Part shown: positions 52,983-64,000 of the stretch, piece after piece | Layout of the letters: every line of letters starts with the position of its first letter | Numbering within the stretch: the first letter of the stretch is position 1 | Assembly: GCA_051294375.1 (NCBI GenBank) | Contig: CM119266.1 | Span: 16,610,087 to 16,674,086, forward strand | Source of the DNA: Paraspadella gotoi | Taxonomy: Eukaryota > Animalia > Chaetognatha | Direction: 5' to 3' | Length of the DNA stretch: 64,000 nucleotides | Notes under the pieces: model-generated | The model's input: only the letters and a program-made list of their open reading frames with translations | Databases searched by the model: none | What the model was told of the DNA's origin: nothing | Position numbers and translations under genes: made by a program

Positions 52983-52990
<8 letters not shown>
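50366..52990 (+). repeat. Direct duplication, insertion-rich noisy copy; probable long-read gap-fill artefact
   Basis: Starts exactly after a 25-N gap, ends in a (CT)n tract, and differs mainly by single-base insertions. Confidence 0.9.
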
Positions 52991-53050
<60 letters not shown>

Positions 53051-53888
53051 GCTCTCTCTCTTATCTCTTCTCCCCCCGCGGCTTGAAACTTCATCGAATA
53101 ATCATCCCGAGTCATTTTAAACGGATGGAGGCCATGAGCAAAGGCTGAATGAGAAAGCGTGGTTGCAACTAAGGCTCGAATATGGAGTTTAATCCTTTTC
53201 ATCGGATCCCGATAACGAGCGCGTTTGTTCTCGAAAACGTTTCATTTACCCAACTTCACCAACCGATTTCGCGATTACATCGAACTGATTTATAAATGTC
53301 AGGACGACGACGTCTTTTCTCGCGTTCAAATCCGCTCATGCTCCTCCCGGATTTTTCTTCGTCGGGCGACGGCGGCGGCGCCGATTTGCGCCAACGACGC
53401 CGGTGACGTTGCCGAGGTTTTCCAGTTAAGAACCATTAAGACTCTTTCTACTCTTTTCACTCTTTTTACTGATCGAAGCTCTCGGCTTTGTTCGAGACGA
53501 GTCCGTCCATTAAAACACAAAGAGAGAGAAGGGATGCTCTACCTTTTCTTCTTAAACTTTAAATTAGTTGCGAAGACTCATTCTTTCTCCGCTCCTCGCG
53601 AAAGCCCGTCGTTACGTTTGTCTTTGTTAATGTTATTAAGCGATTTAAATTATTCAATTTTTAAAACATTTTCTTTACTTTAGCCGCGAGCGCGAGAAAG
53701 ACGTGAAAGAATATTCACAAATAGAATAATAATAGAATAATAAATAATTACCACAAAAATCATTGGGGGATTAACAAATTAAGTAAAAAAAAATATAGGT
53801 ACCATAATTAATTAATTATTCCCGCCGCGCTTGGGATTAGCGTCATTTTTCGCCAGATGCGCCACCGCCGCTGTCTTTGCCCGTCTTA

Positions 53889-53953
53889 CCGCCACCGCCG
53901 CCACCGCCGCCACCGCCGCCACCGCCGCCACCGCCGCCACCGCCGCCACCGCC
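53889..53953. repeat. (CCGCCGCCA)n 9-bp tandem repeat
   Basis: Direct reading, about 7 units. Confidence 0.9.
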
Positions 53954-54584
53954 GTCGTGTTTGCCATTGCGGCGTGATCTCATTTGGCATTCTGTGTCGA
54001 AAGAGATTCTCTCTAAATTCTCGAGTAACCCCCGAATTTTTCATGGAGATTGTCAGAGAAAAGCTCTTTCTCTTTTGAAGGAAAGCGCGGGTAACACTGC
54101 CGAGAGCCGACGCTGCTTTCACCCAAGTCATCATTCGGCCGCCACTCCCGAATGAACGTGTCTCATTTCCGGTCTCGCGTTTACGCCGCGTTGCGCGCCA
54201 AAGCCGCCGCCGCCGCCGACGCCGCCGCTACACGTCCGTTATGGGGTTTTTACCCGACATAATTTCGCCGACCGAATGTACTTGGGAAGTCGGCTTAGAA
54301 GTAAATGAGGAACTCATTACTTTTTCCCTATTTTCTGAAAAAAAATAAGGAAAAGAAAGTAAATGACTCAACGCGGCTCTGGGAAGGCGTTTCGTACGTG
54401 ACAATTGGGCAGAATAGGGAAATATACAGGGAACTGCTTTCAACTCTTTTGGGTTTTGGCAATTTTCAATCATTCCCCTCAATTTTCGTTATTGCTTTCT
54501 TTTAACTTTCTCCCATCTCTTCTTACTTTTCCTTACTTCCTCTTAAACAGTTAACTCTTTCTATCCCTTTCCCATTCTGTCCCT

Positions 54585-54644
<60 letters not shown>

Positions 54645-55631
54645 TTCTCCCACCTTCCCCACCATTTCTCCCTTCCCCTCCACCCCATCCCTCCCGTTTC
54701 GCATCCACCGAGCCGTCGGAGCCCGGCTCGTCCACGTTTCCTTTCATCCCTTTCTAATTACAGACTCATTTAAAGCGGGTATTTTGCTGATTAACCTTCT
54801 CTAACTCGCCCCCCCCTCTTCCTCAGCCAATGGAATGGGAACCGGTTAATATTCTCCAGTCTCAGCCCTTTTCTTTTTTTTCTTTTTCTAACAGCCTCTA
54901 ACCAATCCTCTTCCTCTTTTGCCCTTAATTCTTCACTAATTCTTGCAGTTGCTAATCCACCCCCTCTTTTTCTTCTCTCTCTCTCTCTCTCTNNNNNNNN
55001 NNNNNNNNNNNNNNNNNNNNNNNNNNNNNNNNNNNNNNNNNNNNNNNNNNNNNNNNNNNNNNNNNNNNNNNNNNNNNNNNNNNNNNNNNNNNNNNNNNNN
55101 NNNNNNNNNNNNNNNNNNNNNNNNNNNNNNNNNNCGCGCTTTTGCCCTACTTTCTTTATGTTTCGGAACCTGCGCGATGAGTGAGTTATTTCTCGCCTTT
55201 TCCGCGTCAGGAACAAACCTCATTTTTTTAAACTCGTGTTGTTTTCTCCTGTTTTTTTTTCGTAAATAATTCATCATCTTAATATGTTTCTTATTTTCTG
55301 GGGTCGTTTTTCATTTTCACGCCTAAAATCAGACAAATAATTGAATCGCGTGGCATAAACTTAACATTTATATGGAAAGGGTTTGGTAATTTAGGATCCG
55401 ACTTGCTATGAGAAGAGTAAAATTTCGATGTGTGAATGAATAAAATACATTGCGGTCGTTTAATCTCATTTGTTGCTCATTTGATTTCATTCGCGTTTAT
55501 CACGTTCGACTCTTTTCAGCAACGCATTTTTCCCTCCCACGAACCCGAGACTTTCTAGCCCAGAAGCAAACCGCCGATCGTCTTGCCAGCAGCAGTTGAT
55601 CCGAAATGAAAAGTCAAGCGACCGGAAGACT

Positions 55632-55692
55632 CACGGTGCACAGCGCACACTGCACAGTGCACAGTGCACAGTGCACACTGCACAGTGCACAG
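55632..55692. repeat. (GCACAGT)n 7-bp tandem repeat
   Basis: Direct reading, about 8 units with GCACACT variants. Confidence 0.9.
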
Positions 55693-57018
55693 TCATCGAT
55701 GGTCGGTCCGGATAAAGCCAATCGGAGCGNNNNNNNNNNNNNNNNNNNNNNNNNNNNNNNNNNNNNNNNNNNNNNNNNNNNNNNNNNNNNNNNNNNNNNN
55801 NNNNNNNNNNNNNNNNNNNNNNNNNNNNNNNNNNNNNNNNNNNNNNNNNNNNNNNNNNNNNNNNNNNNNNNNNNNNNNNNNNNNNNNNNNNNNNNNNNNN
55901 NNGGTGGATTTTCGGAGAGATGATTATGTGAAAACGATTAAGATAAGATAATCCAAAGCAAAAAGTGAATTGAATTCCGCGAGATTAACTGCGCGAGAGA
56001 CTTGGGATTCGNNNNNNNNNNNNNNNNNNNNNNNNNNNNNNNNNNNNNNNNNNNNNNNNNNNNNNNNNNNNNNNNNNNNNNNNNNNNNNNNNNNNNNNNN
56101 NNNNNNNNNNNNNNNNNNNNNNNNNNNNNNNNNNNNNNNNNNNNNNNNNNNNNNNNNNNNNNNNNNNNNNNNNNNNNNNNNNNNNNNNNNNNNNNNNNNN
56201 NNNNNNNNNNNNNNNNNNNNNNNNNNNNNCTTGGTTTCGCTGGAGATTCGCGTCACCTCTTTAACACTCCTCATCCGATCATCACATTTTTCTTCTTCCA
56301 TTCCATGGATTCACCGCGTCTACCCGACTTGACAACCCTCTTTTCTTTTCAGGGCGGACTTACCCTCCCGCCCTCCCTCCACCTACCTTAATATTCTCCA
56401 TAAAAAAAGTCTGCGATCAACTTTTCACTTCAATCTTCCCGTGCCCCCTCATCGCGCCCCCTAGCCCTTTCTACGCCCCCTAACTATGCCCCCGTTCCCC
56501 GATCCCTGTCCATGCCAGCTTTTTAACGTTCCTTCACCAAGCTAAATTTCCCTTGCCATGCCCTCTTTCTATGCTCCTCGCCATGCCTCCATCTTTCTCA
56601 CTTCTCNNNNNNNNNNNNNNNNNNNNNNNNNNNNNNNNNNNNNNNNNNNNNNNNNNNNNNNNNNNNNNNNNNNNNNNNNNNNNNNNNNNNNNNNNNNNNN
56701 NNNNNNNNNNNNNNNNNNNNNNNNNNNNNNNNNNNNNNNNNNNNNNNNNNNNNNNNNNNNNNNNNNNNNNNNNNNNNNNNNNNNNNNNNNNNNNNNNNNN
56801 NNNNNNNNNNNNNNNNNNNNNNNNNNNNNNNNNNNNNNNNNNNNNNNNNNNNNNNNNNNNNNNNNNNNNNNNNNNGAGAGAGAGAGAGAGAGAGAGAAAG
56901 AAAAAGAGAGAGAATCAATCAGAGGCGGATCAGAAAATAAAATTCTTAATGATCGTTCCGTTGCCCGGTGGAGAAGAATTCTGCTGGAGAAATCGAGCCT
57001 CATGGCGATTTTGCAGTT

Positions 57019-57062
<44 letters not shown>

Positions 57063-57626
57063 AGATCCTCGGTTATTATGCCAACTTTTCTTTTTTTTAT
57101 GGGTCGTTGTCATCATCGACGCCACAACCGCGTCGCTCGTTGACGTTGTCCCTTAGTCGTCATACTTCAGACCGGCCGCCTATACACAGTTAAGCCACGC
57201 CCACCTCCCGATATGCATCACGCCCGCCCCACGCCACCGCCCATCGCCCGCCAGCGCCAGGCCCGGACATTTCGAGTCATTCCTTATCCGAGATCGGCCT
57301 TTGGCGAGAGAATATGGAATCGTGGCGCTTTGATCGAATTGCGCTTTACAGTCGAAGCGGCCGTCGTGCTCGTCCTCGTCCTCACGTCTTTGCCCTGCGA
57401 GTTCTCCGAGTTCAAAGGTCGACAACTTTATTTTTTCTAAACGCGGACTTTCCTGTTCGCTGTTCCTCTGCTCTGAAAGGACTGAAGAGCAAAGAGATTC
57501 CGGACTTCGGTTAACAAACGGTTAAAGCCGATCGAAGCTAAGAAGATTTACGATTAAAATTCCCCGTAATCCTAACGACTTAAGAAAGCAAAGACAACAA
57601 AGACGAAACGAGGAGAGAGAGAGAGG

Positions 57627-57713
<87 letters not shown>

Positions 57714-57859
57714 GAGAGAGAGACCAGTCCCAAACGAACTCTTGTTTTTTTTCCTCCAGCCAAAAAAGTGTTATTTTCACTCCTCAAGCGCAGAGTTTGA
57801 TCCTTAAAGCCTCCTGGGCACCACAGGTACGGATCGGTTCATGCGGTGGCGGGAAGGAA

Positions 57860-57912
<53 letters not shown>

Positions 57913-58027
57913 CTTTTCTTCTTCCTTTCCTCTCTCTCCCTATTTCATCTTTTTTTCTACACCATATCTTGGTGTTATTTCATTTTTAAATGATCTTTTT
58001 TTTAACCTTTTGGGTATTGTAAAGTGA

Positions 58028-58461
58028 GGATTAAGGATTAAGATTTAAAAATTCATAAAGGATTAAGAATTAAGGTTTAAAAATTCATAAACTTAGTATA
58101 TAACAATGGTGTGATAATGGTAATAATAATAAAAATTGTGACATTAGTAATTATAGTACTATTGTAATAATAATAGTAATAACAATAATATTAATGATGA
58201 TATATATATGTATATATGTATGTATATATATATATATATATTGTAATAATAATAGTATAACAATAATATAATAATAATATTAAGTTTTATAATAATAATC
58301 ATAGTAATAATATTGATAAAAATAATAATAGTAATAATGATAAAAATAATAATAGTATCATTAATGATAAGAACAATAATAATTAGGAATTGAGGTAATT
58401 AATGATAAGAACAATAATATTTTTAGGAATGAGGGGTAATTCCAATAATAGTAATTCAATC

Positions 58462-58500
<39 letters not shown>

Positions 58501-58810
58501 TAAAAATAATAATAGTAATAATTGATAAAAATAATAATAGTATCATTAACGATAAGAATAATAATAATTAGGAATAAGGGTAATTCCAATAATTTTAAAT
58601 CTGGTATTTATGCCTTTCTCATTTATTGATCAGTTTAAAAAAAAAAATTGACAAGTTTCTGTCTTATGACTTAAAAAAAAAAAAAGGGCCAATGGCCTAG
58701 TATAAATGTTAGGTACCATAATGATAGTATTTAATTTTTTTTTCAGATTTGCCAAGGTTTTCTGTCTATGACTAAAAAAAAAAATGGCAAATGCCTAGTG
58801 TAATGATAAT
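58028..58810. repeat. AT-rich low-complexity region with local duplications (31-bp tandem pair at 58028-58090, AAT-rich blocks 58317-58390 and 58501-58575, about 100-bp period pair at 58652-58810)
   Basis: Direct reading of repeated blocks such as GGATTAAGnATTAAGnTTTAAAAATTCATAAA and TTTCTGTC..ATGACT..AAAA..GCCTAGT. Confidence 0.8.
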
Positions 58811-59529
58811 ATTCACTCATGATTTTCATTGATATATTAAGCAATTTGAATACAGTTTTTTTTTTACGCATCATTGATATATTTTACTAATGAAATGCTC
58901 CGCAATGATCCTTAATTGTTTGAATTTTTTATTTTTAGTGCCATTAGTGCAATTTTTCTTGCTCAATACTTCATCGTTTAATCGTTAATCTTCTTATTGT
59001 CTTAATTGGTCAAATTGTCTTTTTTATTTCAGAAAAAAAAAAAAAAAAAAAATTTTCGGTCTCAACTCTCTTCCTTTCCTTTTTCCTTTCATTTCTCTTT
59101 CTTCTTTTCCTCTCCCCTTCTTCAATTCCTTTTTCTCTCTTATTCATCTTCCGCAAAGATGTCACCCGTCACTCTGTTGGAGATGCGTCCAATTTGACCT
59201 ACATCCTTGTCAGGGGAAGGACGTCGACGACGACGACCGCGACCACGAAGACGACCAAGTCACCTTGGGGAGGGAAACTTCGTTGGCAACGGTTCACTCT
59301 CGGTCACTTTTCCATCTCCGCCGCCTTCCTCCCCCATTCCCCCATTCCCCTTCCTCCTCAACCCCAGCACCCGCCGTAATCAGTGTAACTTTGATTCGCA
59401 AGGAAAGTAATTCGTCGAAGGAATCTCGGGGATAAAAGAGAGATCAAGAGAGAGAGGGAAATAAAAAAGGAATAAAGATAAAAGATGAGAAGAGAGAAAT
59501 TAATTGAAGCGCATTAAATGTTTACTTTC

Positions 59530-59531
59530 AT

Positions 59532-59626
<95 letters not shown>
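59530..59626. repeat. (CTTT)n microsatellite; another at 54584-54643
   Basis: Direct reading. Confidence 0.95.
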
Positions 59627-59627
<1 letters not shown>

Positions 59628-62600
59628 TTTTTATTTCTGCCTTCTTTCTTTCGGTTCATTAAGCCAACTTAAAAATTATGAAGCAAATAAAAAGAGGGGA
59701 AAATGGAAAAGGGAGTCGAGAATATCTTCCTATAAAGTTTAATACCCACTAAACCTCCCGAGATTCTCGACCGTCGGTGACAATGATGGGTTCGATATTC
59801 TAATACCCTTCAATGCGGGGATTCCCTGTCGCGCCCCGTCGCGCCCCGGAAACCTCGTCACGGGAAGAAATCTCCTCGGCAAGACGTGTCACGCGCGGGA
59901 CGAGCGAGAAAGCGTCACCCGGGAACGAAAATACCCTGTCATAAAATTTTATCTCAAGAAGAAACATCGAGAGTAAGAAATTTTTTCTTTCCGGAAATCC
60001 CGTCAACCGGGAAATGTCATCTCGGTTCTCCCGGCGAGGCTTTGCTTTTGGGTTCGCCCTCGGCCAAATCTCGAACGCAGACTTGGTTTTGACCCGATTT
60101 TCCCTTCAACTTCCTCCAGGACTCGATAAGAGGCTCTGCTTTGATTAAGCCCTCGACGCGCGCGTGCTCACGCCTGTTTTTGACCAAACCAGAGTCCTGG
60201 GTCTTTCTCATAATCTTTACGTCACAACCAAATCCAATAATTCTACTTACGTATTTTAAGCACAGACTAGTTTCATTTTTCATCATCTGCCTCAAAATCA
60301 CGAATCATTTCGTTTTTGCCACGACCACATTTTCAAAGTTTCGCCTTGGCTGATGCCGCGTGAACCTCTCCCTTGCATTTTCACCTTACCTTGTACCTAG
60401 ATAGTCCACCTTATCCTTTTATTGTTTTTTATTTTACCTCTCTTTAAATTGTTCGTAGATATCTATTATATATGTATTTACAGGTCATTAAAAATTTTAC
60501 TGTTATTGAGTTAAACTTTCACATGTTGAGCATAATGAATCAAATAAAATTAAAATCCTCAACTTCTTCTCGACTTCTTTTTCAACTTCTCTCCTCATCT
60601 TCATTCATTCCTTCCAAGTACAACCCTCTACTCTCGAACCCTCTCTTCAATCTTCATGCTTCATCGAAATTCTGGACCGATTTCTATTTTTGGGTCGAAG
60701 TCCGCATCCGGTTTTCTGTCGATACTTTTTTGATTAAGGGGACGAGTCGTGTATCCGCGCTGAATAAATATTAATGATAAATGACTAATGTTAAATGACG
60801 CTTTGCCCGACCAACAGAAGCGAAGAACCCGAGGGAATTTAATTATTTTTTTATAATCAAAACGTTAAAATATTGAGATTTATTCCGCCTTCGTTGAGAT
60901 ATAAACCGATTGCATTAATCATTAATCTCACCTGGAGAAGGTTGGTTAAAGATGACCGTTGGCCTCTGCCGCTCCGCTACACGCTGCCGCCGCCGCCGCC
61001 GCCGCAGCAGACCGACGTTGACCGCCGCTGCGGAGCCGCTGACCGCCGCCGATGACGCCCCGGGGCCCTCCATCAAGTCGTTAGGGGAAAAAAGCGATCG
61101 AATATGAATTCACTTCTAGAACCACAAGGGAAATTGAAGGGAAAGAAAGTCTGAGAGGGCGATGGTGGGAAGCGGAAGGAAGTGAATGGAATCAGAGTGA
61201 AAATGATTCACACGAAAAAAAATCATCGAAGGAAAAGGGGGAAAAAAAAGGAAACGAAAAATATAGTGGAAAAAGTAAAAAGAAGATAAAGGAACAACAT
61301 TGTTAGATTGGTAGAATTATTTATGGAAGAATCAGCTTTAAACATAGAAAAACTAAATTGAAAATAAGGATCAATGAAAGAACAAACTAACGAACGAAGG
61401 AACGAACGAAAGATTAGAGATTAGAAAATCCCCGCGCACCCAAAGTCTCGACGTCCGGTTATGCTGCAAACGGCAACGCCCCCAGCGGCCAGAGGATCAA
61501 CGATTAGAACGTCTCCCGGTCTCTTAGCGGTCGACCGATTCCCGAGTCATGCGTAATTCATGGTTCGGGAAATTGCGGCGCTGCGAGAGAGCGTCAAGGA
61601 TTGCGTAGGGGGCGGCACGGGGGGGGGGAGGGGCGTACCCAAATGTGGTACCTAGGGGTTGTTGCGGAAATCGGATGAAGATAGATGTTTTAAAAGATGG
61701 GCGAAAGATGAGCAGCTTTGAATGACTAGTCCAAATACATAGCTTGTGGCAACACGACTTAAAGCTGCCTCACTGCTGTCCGTACTCAGCCTCGTCTCAT
61801 CTTGTTTCAACCGCGCGTCCCGGGTTAAATCCCTGGCTATCCCGGTTCTGGCTTAAATGTGACGGACGTTTAATTGATAAACGCAGTTTGTATCGAACTT
61901 CCCCACTGTGGGTCTGATTAAAAGGCAAATTCGAAGTCGAAGTCAGGGTCCAAAAGTTCCTCGGGCCCTGACGCTGAATTACCGCATCTGTTTTAACAGA
62001 AGACTTGAAGCCGCTGCTACCAATTCGCAAACGAGAACGACGAGTTTGACAGAAACCGATGCGAATTCTGCCAAAAAAAAAGTTTTTTTTTTTGTTTTTC
62101 TTTTTGCTGAAAGAAAAAAAAAAAAACGAAAAAGAAAAGAAAAGATCGAAGGAAAGGAATCAGGCAGAAAGAAAACCAAAATGGTGGAATAAGAAAAACG
62201 CGATTGAATGTGAAAAATCTGTCTAAGACGGAATTCCTGGGGAAAAACGCAATGAAATGAATGAAGTGAAATGAAACGACAAAAATGAGAAATGTGGAAG
62301 AAATGGAATGATAAAAACAAAACATGAAATCTTGGGCTAAGAAAAAAGAATAAAGAAAAAATGACTCGAGGGTTTGATTTCAAAGTGGAAAAACAAGAAG
62401 GTTTTACTTTGGGAGTTAATAAACAAGACCGTAATAGGGTAGAGCCTTGATTGAAAGGTTGCAGGGACTTGCTAAGTCAGTTAACTTGTTACCCTGTAAA
62501 GCTTGTCAAAAGTCAGAAGGCAAGATAACTTATTTATTAAATGAATGTTAAATGTTTTTTTCTTTTTTTTTTCTTTCTCCTTCCTCTTTTTTTTTCGAAA

Positions 62601-63830
62601 CTCGAAACTCTGATACGCGTGATTTGTACATGAACCTTTCCCATCAAAATTTTACTTTCTATGCTTATTTTGTCAACATATTATCCAATATCCATAGACA
62701 GATAAACAGACTGACTGACCTCAAAGTCTTTCAAGACTTATAATCAAAGAAGACAAAAGCGAACCGGAAGCTGAAGCATGTAAAAGTCACAAGGAAAAAA
62801 ACGAGAAAAGACTGACGAAAAACGAAACATTAAAAAAGAAGAAAAAATGACGGTCAGAGTGACAGACCGCGGGAAAAAAGAGGAGGAAATAGAGAAGAAG
62901 AGACGGAGAGACGCAAAGAGCCATAAAGAAGATTGAAGTAAAAACTCAAAAGAAAAGAAAACGGAAGAATAATTTCAAAATAAAAAGTTTAAAAAATTTA
63001 AAAAAAAATTAATTAGATCTATATATTTATGAAAACGATGGGTGTTTGTACTATAATTTATTATAAACCGTCTGAAAGGTGACGATGACAGGGACGACGA
63101 CAACGGCAACGACATGGACGACCAACCGAAGATAACGGCGTCGCCGAGGGCGGCATTAAAGTCCATAACATCGCGTCCTGTCACGACGAAGATTGCGAAG
63201 TATATGACGAGGATGACAAAGGACGAAGCGCCTCCTGATTTTTAACATACATTATGAAAAAGGAAGAGAAAGAACGACGGCGATAATGAGAAGTGTGAAC
63301 GCGACGAGATTCGAACGAACTCAGTCGACAAAAACAATAGGATCAACAGCACCGAAGAATATTTGCGAGGTCGCAGGAAATCGCTGACACTGACGAATGA
63401 CCTCTTGACGTTTGACGGACGTCGTCGTCGTTGTCGTCGTCGTAGTCTTCCTCAAATATCTCGTTGCAGGAAAAGAAGGAGGCGGAGCGTGGGGACACCG
63501 GGGTGAAGGGGGCGAACGGAAAAGCCATCTCCAGAAGAGCGCTTCTTTGATGAGAGAATTGGCGGCTATAAGTATTGAGAAAAGGCAGGTTTGACACACC
63601 AAAAAGAAAAAAAAAACAAAAAAACCCGACGATACTGTATTTCTATGGCGCCTTTCAAAGATAGATATGTTTTTTTTTGTCTTTTTGTGGGTGAGGTTAC
63701 TAACTCTCCCACATCTGGGTAACTAGCAATTTCATAATGACGCACAAGTTTTAGTGTCGTGAAGACTGAAAATGAATTTTAAGAAATTAACGCAACCTTC
63801 AGTACAATTTGTCTAATTTATTTCGTGAAA

Positions 63831-64000
63831 TTTTTAGTCGGATCTGCTTATCAGCAGATCCCGACTCTATAATTCACTTTGTCGGTCCGTCGGTCCGCCC
63901 CCTCAATATTGTCGGGCACTAACTTATATCATGTCAGAACATCGAATTATGATTAATTATGCAATAAAAATGATGTCCGCCCGTCCGTCCGTCCGCCCGT
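63831..64000 (+). mobile_element. 5' end of a non-autonomous Helentron/DINE-1-like element, running off the window
   Basis: T-run, then palindrome AGTCGGATCTGCT-TATC-AGCAGATCCCGACT (63836-63866), then CTATA and GTCG/GTCC tetranucleotide repeats (63880-63900, 63975-64000). This matches the known DINE-1/HINE layout. Confidence 0.55.

Noticed and set aside
57213-57440. ORF with hydrophobic stretch AAVVLVLVLTSLPC
   Set aside because: Weak donor (GTCGAC), no partner exon, and the hydrophobic run derives from a degenerate GTC/CTC repeat.
63060-63600. Coding-like GC-rich segments on both strands
   Set aside because: Several frames on both strands are equally plausible, so none can be supported.

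Overview
Eukaryotic, probably invertebrate, draft-scaffold DNA: AT-rich with GC-rich islands, very many (GA/CT)n and (GTC)n microsatellites, and 16 N-gaps, three of exactly 25 N. I found no prokaryotic features, CRISPR array, rRNA, intact tRNA or long transposon ORF, and most entries in the ORF track are microsatellite or gap artefacts. The best-supported gene is a minus-strand spliced gene (about 16276 to 14099) for an unrecognised protein with three hydrophobic segments and a Cys-rich region. Its 3' part may be a chain of 18-24 nt micro-exons. A second minus-strand two-exon model (28410-27861) encodes a very Cys-rich small protein. Other content: weaker isolated exon candidates, a tandem pair of tRNA-promoter (SINE-like) units, a dispersed hairpin-forming repeat, a MITE, the 5' end of a Helentron/DINE-1-like element, and a compact multi-stem island at 41.2 kb. 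Two large duplications (a 2-kb inverted one and a 2.5-kb direct one) are probably gap-filling or haplotype artefacts. No novel system can be asserted from sequence alone; the micro-exon chain and the structured repeat units are the best leads. All gene models were built by eye without database searches.
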